Shown here piece after piece: positions 27,929 to 38,282 of a stretch of DNA of 64,000 bases (the first letter of the stretch is position 1; each line of letters starts with the position of its first letter). This stretch comes from an uncultured bacterium (lineage in GTDB: Bacteria > Zixibacteria > MSB-5A5 > UBA10806): assembly GCA_965555375.1 (NCBI GenBank), contig CBEWDL010000001.1, forward strand, positions 6,180 through 70,179. Reading direction: 5' to 3'. A model generated the notes under the pieces. It was not told the DNA's origin, ran no database searches, and worked only from the letters and a program-made list of their open reading frames with translations. Position numbers and translations under genes: made by a program.

Positions 27929-28718
27929 ATGTTTTGTTGATGAAGAAGAATTGAATCTCTACCTCGATGGCGAACTGGATGAATCGAGAAAATCGGTTCT
28001 GGATAATCACCGATTTTCATGCCGGGAATGTGCCGCCAGGTACGGGATCGCCTTGAAATTGAAAGACCTGGTAAAGGATTCTTGCAAAGAAGATATGGCT
28101 CCCACCTGGCTAAAGGATAAGATTATCATGAGCATAACCCGCGAATCCCGGGAAAGAACCGGGGGTTTCTGGGAATATATGAGGAATTTGATCGGAACGC
28201 GTCCAATGATACCGGTTGGCGCCGCCGGATTTCTGATAGTCGTATTCATGCTTGCGCTATTTACCGTTTCAGGGCCCAGAGGGAACATGCCTCTCGTAAC
28301 CGAGATGGTGCACGAACATTGTGAGTATCTCCAGGAGCCTGAAAATCTCGGCATAGTAAGCAACGATCCGTCGGAAATCGCCCAATGGGTTTCAGCCAAT
28401 GCCGGATTGCCGGTTGCGTTGCCCTCCGATCCGGCCATGCCGCCTCCCGGGGGAGCTTATGTGCTTGGGGAAAACGGCGAGACCATTGGTTGTGTTTTCT
28501 TTGATCTCCAGGAAAAGAGAGTATCGCTATTCATGACAAAGGACCACGGCGAAAAGCTCTTCGGTCCCAATAAGATGAAGGTCGAAAATATCTCTATATA
28601 TTGCGGAAGCTGTACCGGCACAAATTATGTTCTCTGGCAGGCCGACGACCTTATATGCGTGCTGGTGGGAGATCTCTCAGAAGGATCCCTGGTCGACATG
28701 GCCCGGCATTTTATCTAA
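27915..28718 (+). CDS. Zinc-finger (zf-HC2-type) anti-sigma factor, membrane-anchored
   Basis: N-terminus [10 protein letters not shown]...[13 protein letters not shown]. Central TM segment. RBS GGAGGGAG 6 nt upstream of the ATG at 27915. ORF track opens earlier at 27786. Confidence 0.65.
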   Translation: MNQRECFVDEEELNLYLDGELDESRKSVLDNHRFSCRECAARYGIALKLKDLVKDSCKEDMAPTWLKDKIIMSITRESRERTGGFWEYMRNLIGTRPMIPVGAAGFLIVVFMLALFTVSGPRGNMPLVTEMVHEHCEYLQEPENLGIVSNDPSEIAQWVSANAGLPVALPSDPAMPPPGGAYVLGENGETIGCVFFDLQEKRVSLFMTKDHGEKLFGPNKMKVENISIYCGSCTGTNYVLWQADDLICVLVGDLSEGSLVDMARHFI

Positions 28719-29051
28719 GCATATGGAGGGGCGTCTCCTGATTCCTGATTTCCAGTGAAAGCCTCCTTGATCGAAGCGGCGCGCAAAAATGCCGGCGGCA
28801 GCTTTGAATTTCCTTGCGATCCCTTCATGAAATTTTATCTTTAGCACGAAAAATTGATTATCGGGGGGTATTGAAGATCTATTGGCGAATTCGGAGGCAT
28901 TGTATTCGCATGGACGGAAATTCAAGGCGATTTTTTGCGGATCGAGATATTGGTTACAGATATCATGCGATTTTCTGAGCACTGAAATATCGATAGTGAT
29001 AGAGGATGACCCATTGATAATAGAAGCAACAGATTTAAAATAGATAGAATA

Positions 29052-29804
29052 ATGCCGATTACCTCAATGCAGCATTCTATGATGAACGGAAACGCTATAT
29101 GCATATTTGCCAAATATCCCGAACCTGGTAAGGTCAAGACCGGGCTGGAGGAGTGTCTGGATCAAAAGCAGGTGGCATTTTTGGTTCGCGCTTTTCTTCT
29201 GGATACGATTTCAGCATCGTTAAGAGTGCCCTGTTCGGATCTATACATTGCTCACTGGCCTCCGGATTCTCGTGGAGATTTCGAGGATATCCTTTGTCTG
29301 TTCGAAAACGAGGAGAAGGACATAGTGATTGCCGAAAAGGCGTCAAATGTGAACTTGATTCCCCAATCGGGCGAGGACTTCGGGGAACGGCTAATCAATT
29401 CGTCGAAGATATTATTCGAGGGGGGAGCGGAACGGGTTATTTTCGTCGGATCACACAGCCCTATATTGCAGGCTTTAATTCTGCATGCTACTTTTGAACT
29501 TTTGAAGAAGAATCAGGCGGTAGTGGGGCCGACATTCAGCGGCCGCTATTATCTCATTGGATCGGACAGCCATTATCCGGCGTTATTCGACGGTATAGAC
29601 TGGGGCATGCAGACCGTATATAAAGAGACGGTGGAGCGTCTTAACCAGAGCGGGCTCAGCTGGCAGGAATTGGAGATATCATACGATGTGGACAGTCCCG
29701 AGGAACTTGAGCAGCTCTATTTCGATATCGATAATCTTCGCCTTGCCGGCGAGAACGATATCGCATATCATACCGAAAAATGCCTCGCAAATCTAAGAAA
29801 ATAG
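29052..29804 (+). CDS. DUF2064 (TIGR04282-like glycosyltransferase-related) protein. A likely start is at 29082
   Basis: NAICIFAKYPEPGKVKTGL is characteristic of DUF2064. Confidence 0.6.
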   Translation: MPITSMQHSMMNGNAICIFAKYPEPGKVKTGLEECLDQKQVAFLVRAFLLDTISASLRVPCSDLYIAHWPPDSRGDFEDILCLFENEEKDIVIAEKASNVNLIPQSGEDFGERLINSSKILFEGGAERVIFVGSHSPILQALILHATFELLKKNQAVVGPTFSGRYYLIGSDSHYPALFDGIDWGMQTVYKETVERLNQSGLSWQELEISYDVDSPEELEQLYFDIDNLRLAGENDIAYHTEKCLANLRK

Positions 29805-30928
29805 AACAAAGCCCGGTCGTCACCCCCATTTTCCAGAGTTCCACGTTCACGTTTCCCGATACGGCCTCGCTTATCGATTACCAGAAGGGAAAGCGAAAGG
29901 GATATATCTATACCCGCTACAGCAATCCCACCATAGAGGCTGTCGAAAATCAAATAGCGCAACTTGAAGGCGCTGAAAGTTCGCTCTTATTTTCGTCGGG
30001 AATGGCGGCCATTAGCAGTGCCTGTCTGACATTACTCGAAGCGGGCGATGAGATCATATCGTCGTATCCAATCTATGGCGGTACCGCCAGGCTGTTCGAT
30101 CAACTTCTTAAAAAGCTTAATATAAAGGTTGTTTTTTTTCCGGCTGACGATATCAGCAGGCTGTCCCGGTCTATTACGCGAAAGACGAAATTGATCTATC
30201 TTGAGTCGCCGACCAATCCGAATCTGAAGATTATCGATCTGGAGAGCGCCAGTCGGATTGCCAACCGCCGAAAGAAATTTTCCATAATTGATTCAACATT
30301 CGCCACTCCCGTAAACCAGAAGCCGCTTGATTTTGGTATCGATGCGGTGATTCATTCGGCGACCAAGTATCTGGGAGGACATTCTGATATAGTGGGCGGT
30401 GTTATTTCGGGTTCTGGACGTTTTATGGCCGGGGTCCGGGAGACGCGTAAGTATCTCGGGGGGTGCGCCGATCCGCATCAGGCTTTTCTTCTGGAGCGAG
30501 GACTGAAGACGCTCGAGATTCGCATAGAGAAACACAATCGCAACGCCGCGTCGGTTGCGAAGTTCTTAGAATCCGTGTCGGGTTTGAAGCGAGTGATATA
30601 TCCAGGATCGTCTTCTCATCCCCAGCATGAATTGGCCGCCAGGCAAATGAGCGGTTTTGGAGGCATGGTTAGTTTCGACCTGGGTTCGAAAAGAAGAGCT
30701 ATCCGGTTCGTTGATTCGCTAAAAGTCATAAAGAACGCATCGAGTCTTGGGGGCACGGAGTCATTAGTCTCTATCCCGATCTGGTCATCGCATTTCGGCT
30801 TCAAACAAGAGATTCTCTCTCGATCGGGAGTGACCCCGGGCCTCGTTCGCCTGTCCGTAGGCCTGGAGCCTGAGAATATCCTGATGAAAGACATAAGCCG
30901 GGCTTTAAGGGTTGCTTTTCGCAAGTAA
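29780..30928 (+). CDS. Cys/Met-metabolism PLP-dependent enzyme (cystathionine gamma-synthase / beta-lyase / methionine gamma-lyase family)
   Basis: SATKYLGGHSD (PLP-Lys region). YTRYSNPT N-terminal motif. 382 aa. Confidence 0.8.
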   Translation: MPRKSKKIEQSPVVTPIFQSSTFTFPDTASLIDYQKGKRKGYIYTRYSNPTIEAVENQIAQLEGAESSLLFSSGMAAISSACLTLLEAGDEIISSYPIYGGTARLFDQLLKKLNIKVVFFPADDISRLSRSITRKTKLIYLESPTNPNLKIIDLESASRIANRRKKFSIIDSTFATPVNQKPLDFGIDAVIHSATKYLGGHSDIVGGVISGSGRFMAGVRETRKYLGGCADPHQAFLLERGLKTLEIRIEKHNRNAASVAKFLESVSGLKRVIYPGSSSHPQHELAARQMSGFGGMVSFDLGSKRRAIRFVDSLKVIKNASSLGGTESLVSIPIWSSHFGFKQEILSRSGVTPGLVRLSVGLEPENILMKDISRALRVAFRK

Positions 30929-31143
30929 GCCCAAGCGCGGCAGTCATATTCCCCCTGTTAAAACGAAGATATGAGGTGCCGATATATAGTGGGGATGATG
31001 TAAAGTAACCATCGTCCCGGGTTATTATATAGTATTCGATCCGAGAGTGTTGTTTGGCGCATGGATTGCGCTTAAGATCCTGATGTGCTTGATGTTAACA
31101 CTGAAACTGCGGTGGCATTGCTTGTCGGAGGCGATTCTTCGAA

Positions 31144-32832
31144 ATGATTAAGGCTGTTCTTAAAGCTGCGGCAATCGAGAAGATTTCGATAGCCAACTAC
31201 GAAATCCTGGAGCTCATAGGCACGGGCGGTATGGCTAATATATATAAGGCTATCCAGCTTTCTCTGGACAGGCCGGTGGCGTTGAAGATAATGCATCAGC
31301 ACCTCTCTATGAATGAGGGGTTCGTGGCCAGGTTCGAGAAGGAAGCCAAGCAGGCCGCTCAACTCCATCATGAAAACATCGTCTCAATAATAGATTACGG
31401 GCAGGGAAACGATGACTACTATATCGCAATGGAATACGTCGATGGCACAAATTTAAAGCAGATAATGGAAAAACAGAAGCGTCTTCCGCTTGAAATCTGC
31501 CTTCTTGTATGTCATCAGGTTGCCGAGGGCCTGAAATTCGCTCACGGTCACAATATTGTCCATCGAGATATAAAGCCGGCGAATATCATCCTCTCAAATG
31601 ACGGCCGGGTTATGATTACCGATTTCGGTATCGCCAAGGGCGGAGACGATCTCACGATTACCGCTACCGGGCAGATGATCGGTTCACCGGCGTATATGTC
31701 TCCGGAGCAGGCGGCGGGCCGGCAGGTAGATCACAGGTCGGATATATTCAGTCTGGGAATCATATTATACGAGATAATCGCCGGCGAGAAGCCCTTCAAG
31801 GGAGATACGTATCAGAGTATGGTGGCTTCCATCATGTCCCATCAGGCAGAACCGCTGCAGAATCTTCGGGTGGATGTTAACTCTGAAATCGAAACGCTCG
31901 TCGAGAAGGCCATAGTCAAAGATTCGCCATCCCGATATCAAAGCGCTGAGGAGTTTGCCGATGCGATCTACGCCCAGCTCGAACGTTTCAAGCTGCCGCC
32001 GATTAAAAAACTGATATCCAGTTTTTTGAAGGACCCTATCAAGATCACCGAGAAATTGAGGACAGAGAAGATATCGAATCATATGGACTCGGCTCTATAC
32101 TATCTTACCCTGGGGGAAGGGCGCCTGAAAGACGCCCGGAAGGAGTTTAAGGAGGTTTTGCGATACGATAAGAATAACAAGTCGGCAAAGGAATATCTTG
32201 CCAGGCTTGCGGATCGCACAACTCTGCCCGAATCCAGGGTCAAAAGCAGAAAAAATCGTCTAAGAATCAAGGCCAAGCATGCGGCTGCGGGGATTACAGC
32301 TATCGCTATTCTGCTGATCGCGATCTTGATTATTTCGCGAGGCGGCGGGCCCGGCCCAAATGACGACCATAAACTGGCGGCCAAAAGTCAGACGCAAAAC
32401 GGTCTGGATGTAAATGTTGCGGAGAGGGAAGCATCCGATGACATCAGGCGACGGCCAAGGGGCGATAGCGGCGATAACGTAGAATCGGAATCCTCGGTTA
32501 GTTCGAGCGTAGATGGGATAGATAAACCTGTTAAGCCAACCGCCGGTGAAACAAAGAAAAAACCGGTGGCGCGATCCGGGAAAGGCGCCTATAATTACCC
32601 CAACCAGAATCTGGAGGAATACGGTCTGTTGACGGCAAAAACGAATATCCCGGCGGAGATCTATGTCGATCTTGAGAAATACGGCGCCACCAACGGTCCT
32701 TCAATCAAGCTCGCTTTAGGCCGGCACTTTATCGAGATTAGAGCCGATGGCTATCGGAGAATGACTCGCCGGATCTTCAGCGAAAAAGGAAAAACGGTGG
32801 ATCTTCGCATCGATCTGTTGCCTGAGCGATGA
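31144..32832 (+). CDS. Hanks-type Ser/Thr protein kinase with C-terminal TM segment and PEGA-like domain
   Basis: GTGGMANIYKA (G-loop), HRDIKPANIIL, DFGIAK, SPEQ. TM helix about residue 385. C-terminal beta-rich domain. Confidence 0.9.
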   Translation: MIKAVLKAAAIEKISIANYEILELIGTGGMANIYKAIQLSLDRPVALKIMHQHLSMNEGFVARFEKEAKQAAQLHHENIVSIIDYGQGNDDYYIAMEYVDGTNLKQIMEKQKRLPLEICLLVCHQVAEGLKFAHGHNIVHRDIKPANIILSNDGRVMITDFGIAKGGDDLTITATGQMIGSPAYMSPEQAAGRQVDHRSDIFSLGIILYEIIAGEKPFKGDTYQSMVASIMSHQAEPLQNLRVDVNSEIETLVEKAIVKDSPSRYQSAEEFADAIYAQLERFKLPPIKKLISSFLKDPIKITEKLRTEKISNHMDSALYYLTLGEGRLKDARKEFKEVLRYDKNNKSAKEYLARLADRTTLPESRVKSRKNRLRIKAKHAAAGITAIAILLIAILIISRGGGPGPNDDHKLAAKSQTQNGLDVNVAEREASDDIRRRPRGDSGDNVESESSVSSSVDGIDKPVKPTAGETKKKPVARSGKGAYNYPNQNLEEYGLLTAKTNIPAEIYVDLEKYGATNGPSIKLALGRHFIEIRADGYRRMTRRIFSEKGKTVDLRIDLLPER

Positions 32833-33620
32833 GATTGCGATTGTTGGCCTTCCCAGCCCCAAAACCATATTTGGTTTCCATTTTCCTGATTTTTTACACC
32901 ATAGCTGCTCGGGCGGAAGATTATTCCACCAGGGACGTCGAGCTTTATACTGCGGACGGCTACAGAATTACCGGGATTCACTATTTCATGCCCGACCAGA
33001 ATGGCCCCGCATTGCTCTTATTGCATACGATTGGCGGAGACCATGCCGATTGGGAGAGTTTCCTGCCGATTCTAAGAAAGGCGGGATTAAAATCGATATT
33101 GGCTATCGATCTGCGTGGCCACGGGGGTTCCAATAGAAGGCAACCCGGAAAGGCAGAATCAGACTCTGGAACTAATATCTACTGGAGAGAATTCTCGGAG
33201 GATGACTTCAAAGACATCGTAAAGGATCTCGATGCTGCCTGGGATTTTCTAAGGGAAAACCCATCGACCGATACAACTCGCATGGGCGTGATGGGCGCTT
33301 CCATAGGGGCCAATTATGCCGCAATCTTCGCTTCCGACCATCCCGATGTGAAATCGCTTGCCCTGCTTTCGCCAGGTGTTGTCTACCGCGGTGTGGAGTG
33401 CCTGAAGGCGGTTGAAAGATACGGAGCGAGGCCGGTTCTTTTTGCGGCGTCCAAGGAGAATGATTACTCCGCCAATTCGTGTAAAAAGCTGAAGGAAATC
33501 TCTGCGGGAACGCCGGCTCATCTGGAGGTCTTGAAGGGGTCTCCACATGGTACTCATCTCATTGAGGGCAATCCCGGTTTCAAGCATTTCCTGTCGGACT
33601 GGTTCAGATCCACGCTTTAA
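32829..33620 (+). CDS. Secreted alpha/beta hydrolase (dienelactone-hydrolase-like)
   Basis: Signal peptide. Nucleophile elbow GASIGANYAA. ATGA overlap with the kinase stop. Confidence 0.6.
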   Translation: MRLRLLAFPAPKPYLVSIFLIFYTIAARAEDYSTRDVELYTADGYRITGIHYFMPDQNGPALLLLHTIGGDHADWESFLPILRKAGLKSILAIDLRGHGGSNRRQPGKAESDSGTNIYWREFSEDDFKDIVKDLDAAWDFLRENPSTDTTRMGVMGASIGANYAAIFASDHPDVKSLALLSPGVVYRGVECLKAVERYGARPVLFAASKENDYSANSCKKLKEISAGTPAHLEVLKGSPHGTHLIEGNPGFKHFLSDWFRSTL

Positions 33621-33634
33621 GGGAAATCCTATCT

Positions 33635-34534
33635 ATGAAAATGCCGGAATCGTTCCGGAACCAGCTTCTCCCCGATCTATTGCTTCTTCTGGTAACGCTT
33701 ATCTGGGGATTGAGCTTCACAATATTGAAGAATATCCTCGGTGATGAGGTATCGCCGATTTTGTTTGTTTTTGGTCGATTTTTTATCGCCACGATTATCA
33801 TTTTTCCGTTTTGCAGGGCGAATCTTTCGAGGCTGGATAGACGGGGCTTCGCGGGCGGCGTCCTTCTGGGCGTGCTGCTATTCGCAGGCTTCAGCGCGCA
33901 AAGCATCGGCATAGAATTCACCACGGCATCGAAATCAGCGTTTTTAACAGGGCTTTCTGCGGTTTTCGTGCCGGTCTTTTTAATAGTCCACAAGGGGAAA
34001 TTACCTCCGATGATAAATGGATTGGCGATATTGTTCGCCATGGCAGGTATGTATCTTTTAACCGGGCCTGCCGGAGGGGAGTTCAACCGGGGCGATTTTT
34101 TAACGCTTTTATGCGCCGTCGCATTCGGAGCGCAGATTTATGTTATGGGAGTCATAGCCCCGGGAAGAGATTTTTTGTCTCTGACTTTCGTGGAACTTTC
34201 GACGACCGCGCTTCTGGCAGCCCTGTTCCTGCCTCTGGAAACGGTTAAATTTCAACTTACCGCGGGATCGGTTATAGCAGTAATATTTATGGGTCTATTC
34301 GCAACAGCGGGAGCGCTTTCGATCCAGACCTGGGCACAGCGGAGAACATCGGCGGTAAAAACAGGCCTTATTCTCACGGCTGAGCCGGTATTTGCTTATA
34401 TGTTTGCCTCGACCCTATTGGGGGAGTATCTAAATCCGGTTCAGAAACTTGGCGGGGTCATAATTATTATAGCGGTTATCACGGCGGAGGTTTTGCCGCT
34501 TCTGGTTGCTCGAAGAAAATACAGCGGGCCTTGA
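33635..34534 (+). CDS. EamA/DMT family transporter
   Basis: About 10 TM segments. Two-repeat EamA architecture. 299 aa. Confidence 0.7.
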   Translation: MKMPESFRNQLLPDLLLLLVTLIWGLSFTILKNILGDEVSPILFVFGRFFIATIIIFPFCRANLSRLDRRGFAGGVLLGVLLFAGFSAQSIGIEFTTASKSAFLTGLSAVFVPVFLIVHKGKLPPMINGLAILFAMAGMYLLTGPAGGEFNRGDFLTLLCAVAFGAQIYVMGVIAPGRDFLSLTFVELSTTALLAALFLPLETVKFQLTAGSVIAVIFMGLFATAGALSIQTWAQRRTSAVKTGLILTAEPVFAYMFASTLLGEYLNPVQKLGGVIIIIAVITAEVLPLLVARRKYSGP

Positions 34535-34685
34535 TGTTTATTTGACTTTTCTTATGCGTGTCGATCGGCAGATAGCACTTATTTTTTACATTATAGCTTA
34601 GTGCCATAGACGTTTTTGAACCGATCAGATATTAGACTCGAATATTCTTTATTAATGGGCATCCTAGCCGAGGACGGCTCATTCT

Positions 34686-34715
34686 ATTGACAAAGTATAA
34701 AAGCTCCGGTATTTT
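34686..34715 (+). promoter_or_regulatory. Candidate sigma70 promoter upstream of the deacetylase gene
   Basis: TTGACA, 18-nt spacer, TATTTT. About 40 nt upstream of the 34757 start. Confidence 0.35.
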
Positions 34716-34756
34716 CTAAAACCAGTTGTCGAAATGAGGCTCCAGCAAAAAGGGCG

Positions 34757-35704
34757 GTGGTGAGAATCGATACAGATAAGATAGGGATAGTGACCGACCC
34801 GGCATTCCTCCTCCATGACACGGGACCGGGGCACCCGGAATCGCCGGATAGGCTGAAAGCAGTAGAAGAAGCGATAAACGAAATATCGGACGATATAGTC
34901 AGGATCAAAGCACGGGAAGCAAGCCGTGAGGAGTTGCTTCTGGTGCACAGATTGGAATATGTCGAAAGGATTTTGAGCCTCAATCCCGGGGGGCTTATTA
35001 TGCTCGATGCCGACACCTCATTTTCCCCCCACACGAAACAGGCTGCTCTGAAAGCTGTCGGGGGAGTGCTGGAAGCGGTGGACAGGGTTATCAGTGGTGA
35101 TTTCAGCAAGGCATTCTGCTCGGTCCGTCCACCGGGGCATCATGCGGATACCGGCAGAGCCATGGGATTTTGCGTTTTCAATAATATTGCCATGGGGGCG
35201 GCGTATGCCCTCACCAAAAGGGATATACAGAGGGTGGCCATCATCGACTGGGACCTGCATCACGGCAACGGCACTCAGGATATATTTTACGACCGGGATG
35301 ATGTTCTATATATCTCCCTGCACCAGTATCCCTATTATCCTGGGTCCGGTTCGGCTGACGAAAGAGGCATCGGGAGGGGCGCCGGATATACGATCAATGT
35401 CCCGATGGCGGCGGGATCGACTGACCGTGATTATCGCGAAGCATTCACGGCGATCATCATACCGGCCCTGATGGGGTTTCGGCCACAGATGCTTTTTATA
35501 TCCGCCGGATTCGACGCTCACCGCGATGACCCGCTGGGTGGCATGAATTTATCATCGGAGTTTTTTGGTGAGATGACGGCTATGTTGAAAAAGGTGGCGG
35601 ATCAATTCTGTGATGGCAGGATGATCTCTGTTCTCGAGGGAGGGTATAGCCTTTCCGCCTTAAAAGAATCGGCGCTTTTTCATTTGAGGGGATTTTGCAA
35701 ATGA
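34757..35704 (+). CDS. Histone deacetylase-like / acetoin utilisation AcuC family deacetylase
   Basis: HPESPDRL N-terminal motif. GHHA. DWDLHHGNGTQ. 315 aa. Confidence 0.8.
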   Translation: MVRIDTDKIGIVTDPAFLLHDTGPGHPESPDRLKAVEEAINEISDDIVRIKAREASREELLLVHRLEYVERILSLNPGGLIMLDADTSFSPHTKQAALKAVGGVLEAVDRVISGDFSKAFCSVRPPGHHADTGRAMGFCVFNNIAMGAAYALTKRDIQRVAIIDWDLHHGNGTQDIFYDRDDVLYISLHQYPYYPGSGSADERGIGRGAGYTINVPMAAGSTDRDYREAFTAIIIPALMGFRPQMLFISAGFDAHRDDPLGGMNLSSEFFGEMTAMLKKVADQFCDGRMISVLEGGYSLSALKESALFHLRGFCK

Positions 35705-36468
35705 TCAGATATGTGCGTGTGGAGCATCGGGATGACGTGCTCTGGGGGAGGCTGGACGAGGATCACGTAACAGTGTTTGATTGCGCACCATGGGATACTC
35801 CGGAGGGAACCGGCAGGAAAATACCGTTTGACGAGTGTAAACTTCTAGCGCCGGCGGCACCGTCGAAGATAGTGCTTGTAGGACTCAATTATCTTGAGCA
35901 TATAAAAGAATCGCAATCAGCAAGCGCCGTTCCCAAGGAACCGATTATTTTTCTGAAGCCACCCACCGCAATAATAGGACCATCCGATGAGATACCATAT
36001 CCCGAGGGGCTGGATAGGGTCGATTATGAAGCAGAGTTGGCGGTTGTTATCGGAGAAAAGATCCATGGGGTGGATGAAGAAAAGGCTCGTTCTGCGATAT
36101 TCGGCTATACCTGTCTTAACGATGTAACAGCACGGCATCTTCAAAGAAAAGACGTGCAGTGGACGAGAGCCAAAGGATTTGATGGTTTCGCGCCGATCGG
36201 CCCCTGGATCGTGGCCGATATAGATCCCTTAGATTTGAAAATCGAAACATATCTCAATGACGAGCTGCGGCAGTCATCGAGAACCTCATACCAGATATGG
36301 AATATATATAGCCTGGTTAGTTTTATATCCAATGTCATGACGCTTATGCCGGGCGATGTCGTTTCCACCGGAACACCCCAGGGGATAGGACCTGTGGAAC
36401 CGGGCGATATTGTCAAAATTACAATCGAGAAGATAGGCACGCTGGAGAACAGGGTGGCCCGAATATGA
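35695..36468 (+). CDS. Fumarylacetoacetate hydrolase (FAH) family protein
   Basis: 257 aa. VGLNYLEH...EAELAVVIG...ARHLQ pattern typical of FAH-domain hydratases/decarboxylases. Confidence 0.8.
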   Translation: MQMIRYVRVEHRDDVLWGRLDEDHVTVFDCAPWDTPEGTGRKIPFDECKLLAPAAPSKIVLVGLNYLEHIKESQSASAVPKEPIIFLKPPTAIIGPSDEIPYPEGLDRVDYEAELAVVIGEKIHGVDEEKARSAIFGYTCLNDVTARHLQRKDVQWTRAKGFDGFAPIGPWIVADIDPLDLKIETYLNDELRQSSRTSYQIWNIYSLVSFISNVMTLMPGDVVSTGTPQGIGPVEPGDIVKITIEKIGTLENRVARI

Positions 36469-38282
36469 TCTCATCCGTGATTTTGATGCTATCTGTAGCC
36501 GGTTTTGCGGTCGGTTCTTCTTCCGAATTGCCGGCAGCCTATCGGATAGAAGCCAGACTCGATACGGCAAGCCACATCATTTACGGGACGCAACAAATCC
36601 TGTTCAAAAACCCAACATCGCAGCCGCTGAGCCGGCTATGTTTTCATCTGTATCCCAACGCTTTCAAAGATACATCGACTGTTTTCTGCCAGGAGAGTGA
36701 GGAAGTAAGATCCGATGTGGCATCGGGCAATATATCGAGGCTGGAAGTATCGGATTTGAGATTGGATGGAAGGGATCTTGATCCGGGCAGGATCGATGTC
36801 AAGGGTACGTTGATGTATATAGACCTCTTAGAGGATCTTCTGCCAGGTGATAGGGTGGAGATCTCACTGCAATTTGAGCTTTTAGTCCCAAAGGTAAAGG
36901 TGAGATTCGGTTACGATTCCGACGGAGATTATCTTCTGTCTCACTGGTATCCTATCCTGTGCGGTTATCAGAAAAATCGCTTAATAGACTGGGAGTATCA
37001 TGCCAACAGCGAATTTTTCTCGAATTTCGCATCCTACAGTGTCGTATTGGAGTTGCCATCGGATTTCGCCGTAGGATCCACCGGCAACCTGAGATTGGTT
37101 GATAAAAACGATAAGGTTGCTGTATGGCATGCGGAGGACGAACCGGTCATCGATTTCGCTTTCGCCTGCGGCCCGGGTTTTGAGATATTGGAATCCGATA
37201 CCCTCGGCATCAAGATTCATTATCTTTTGAAAACTAAGAATGTAGAATTGTATAATAGAATAGACAAGATTACCAAATATTCTCTGGGGTATTGCTCTGA
37301 GAGGTTTTTTAAGTATCCCTATCGAAATTTCACGGTCGTGGATTTCGGGCCGGGCGCCGGGGGATTGGAATTGCCGGGTCTGATATCGATCGCTGTTCCA
37401 GAATCGAGATCCATGCGTGCCTCGGTTTATCTCGATAACACCATTGCGCACGAGACGGCTCATCAGTGGTTTTATGCCACGATTGCCACAAACGAATTCG
37501 AGGAACCCTGGCTGGATGAAGGATTGACATCATATATCACGTCTAAAATCGCTCGCTCATTCGGGGACGGGAGGGGTTTTATTGAGCTGTCCGGATATGA
37601 TGTTTCTCTGGATGAATTATCCAGAACATTTGCACTTGTTGGAAAGGCGCCTTATCCGATAAATCTGAAAAGCTGGGAGTATCCCGGCCTTATGAATTAT
37701 ACTTCCGCGGTTTACACAAGGGCGCTGTTAGTCTTACAGACTCTGGAAGGTATCATCGGTGATTCTTTATTTGCCCTGGCTCTTAGGGATTTTGCGGAGG
37801 ATTATCGTTTTGGCCATCCCGACGGCGAAGATTTCATATCCTCGATCTCATCATCCGCCGGCCTGAATCTGAACGATTTCTTCCTGCAATTTATAAACGG
37901 GACTGCCAGAGTCGATTACGGGGTAACATCGTTGAGGTACGATGAGGTGCCTAGTGAGTCTGAAGATGCTGTTGCAAAGTATAAAATTACTATCGATGTT
38001 CGGAGGAGACTCGATGGGATCATTCCTCAGAAAATCACGGTTGGACTGTGTGACGGCGCCAGAATCGATACCACCTGGGACGGCCGTTCCGGCATGGCAA
38101 GCTTTGAGTTTGTGGCGAATTCCGAACCCCGGTATGCATGTATAGATGAGGATAATGTCTTTCCGCTTGACGAAAACAGAACCAATGATAGAATCTATTC
38201 GGAATCCCACTCCATGCGGCTGATCTCTTTCGAGTGGGATGCTGTTTTTGTTTTAGAATTCATATTATCGTTATTCCTATGA
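36465..38282 (+). CDS. M1 family zinc aminopeptidase
   Basis: HETAHQWFY (HExxH) followed by WLDEGLTSY (third Zn ligand Glu). 605 aa. N-terminal signal/TM. Confidence 0.85.
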   Translation: MISSVILMLSVAGFAVGSSSELPAAYRIEARLDTASHIIYGTQQILFKNPTSQPLSRLCFHLYPNAFKDTSTVFCQESEEVRSDVASGNISRLEVSDLRLDGRDLDPGRIDVKGTLMYIDLLEDLLPGDRVEISLQFELLVPKVKVRFGYDSDGDYLLSHWYPILCGYQKNRLIDWEYHANSEFFSNFASYSVVLELPSDFAVGSTGNLRLVDKNDKVAVWHAEDEPVIDFAFACGPGFEILESDTLGIKIHYLLKTKNVELYNRIDKITKYSLGYCSERFFKYPYRNFTVVDFGPGAGGLELPGLISIAVPESRSMRASVYLDNTIAHETAHQWFYATIATNEFEEPWLDEGLTSYITSKIARSFGDGRGFIELSGYDVSLDELSRTFALVGKAPYPINLKSWEYPGLMNYTSAVYTRALLVLQTLEGIIGDSLFALALRDFAEDYRFGHPDGEDFISSISSSAGLNLNDFFLQFINGTARVDYGVTSLRYDEVPSESEDAVAKYKITIDVRRRLDGIIPQKITVGLCDGARIDTTWDGRSGMASFEFVANSEPRYACIDEDNVFPLDENRTNDRIYSESHSMRLISFEWDAVFVLEFILSLFL

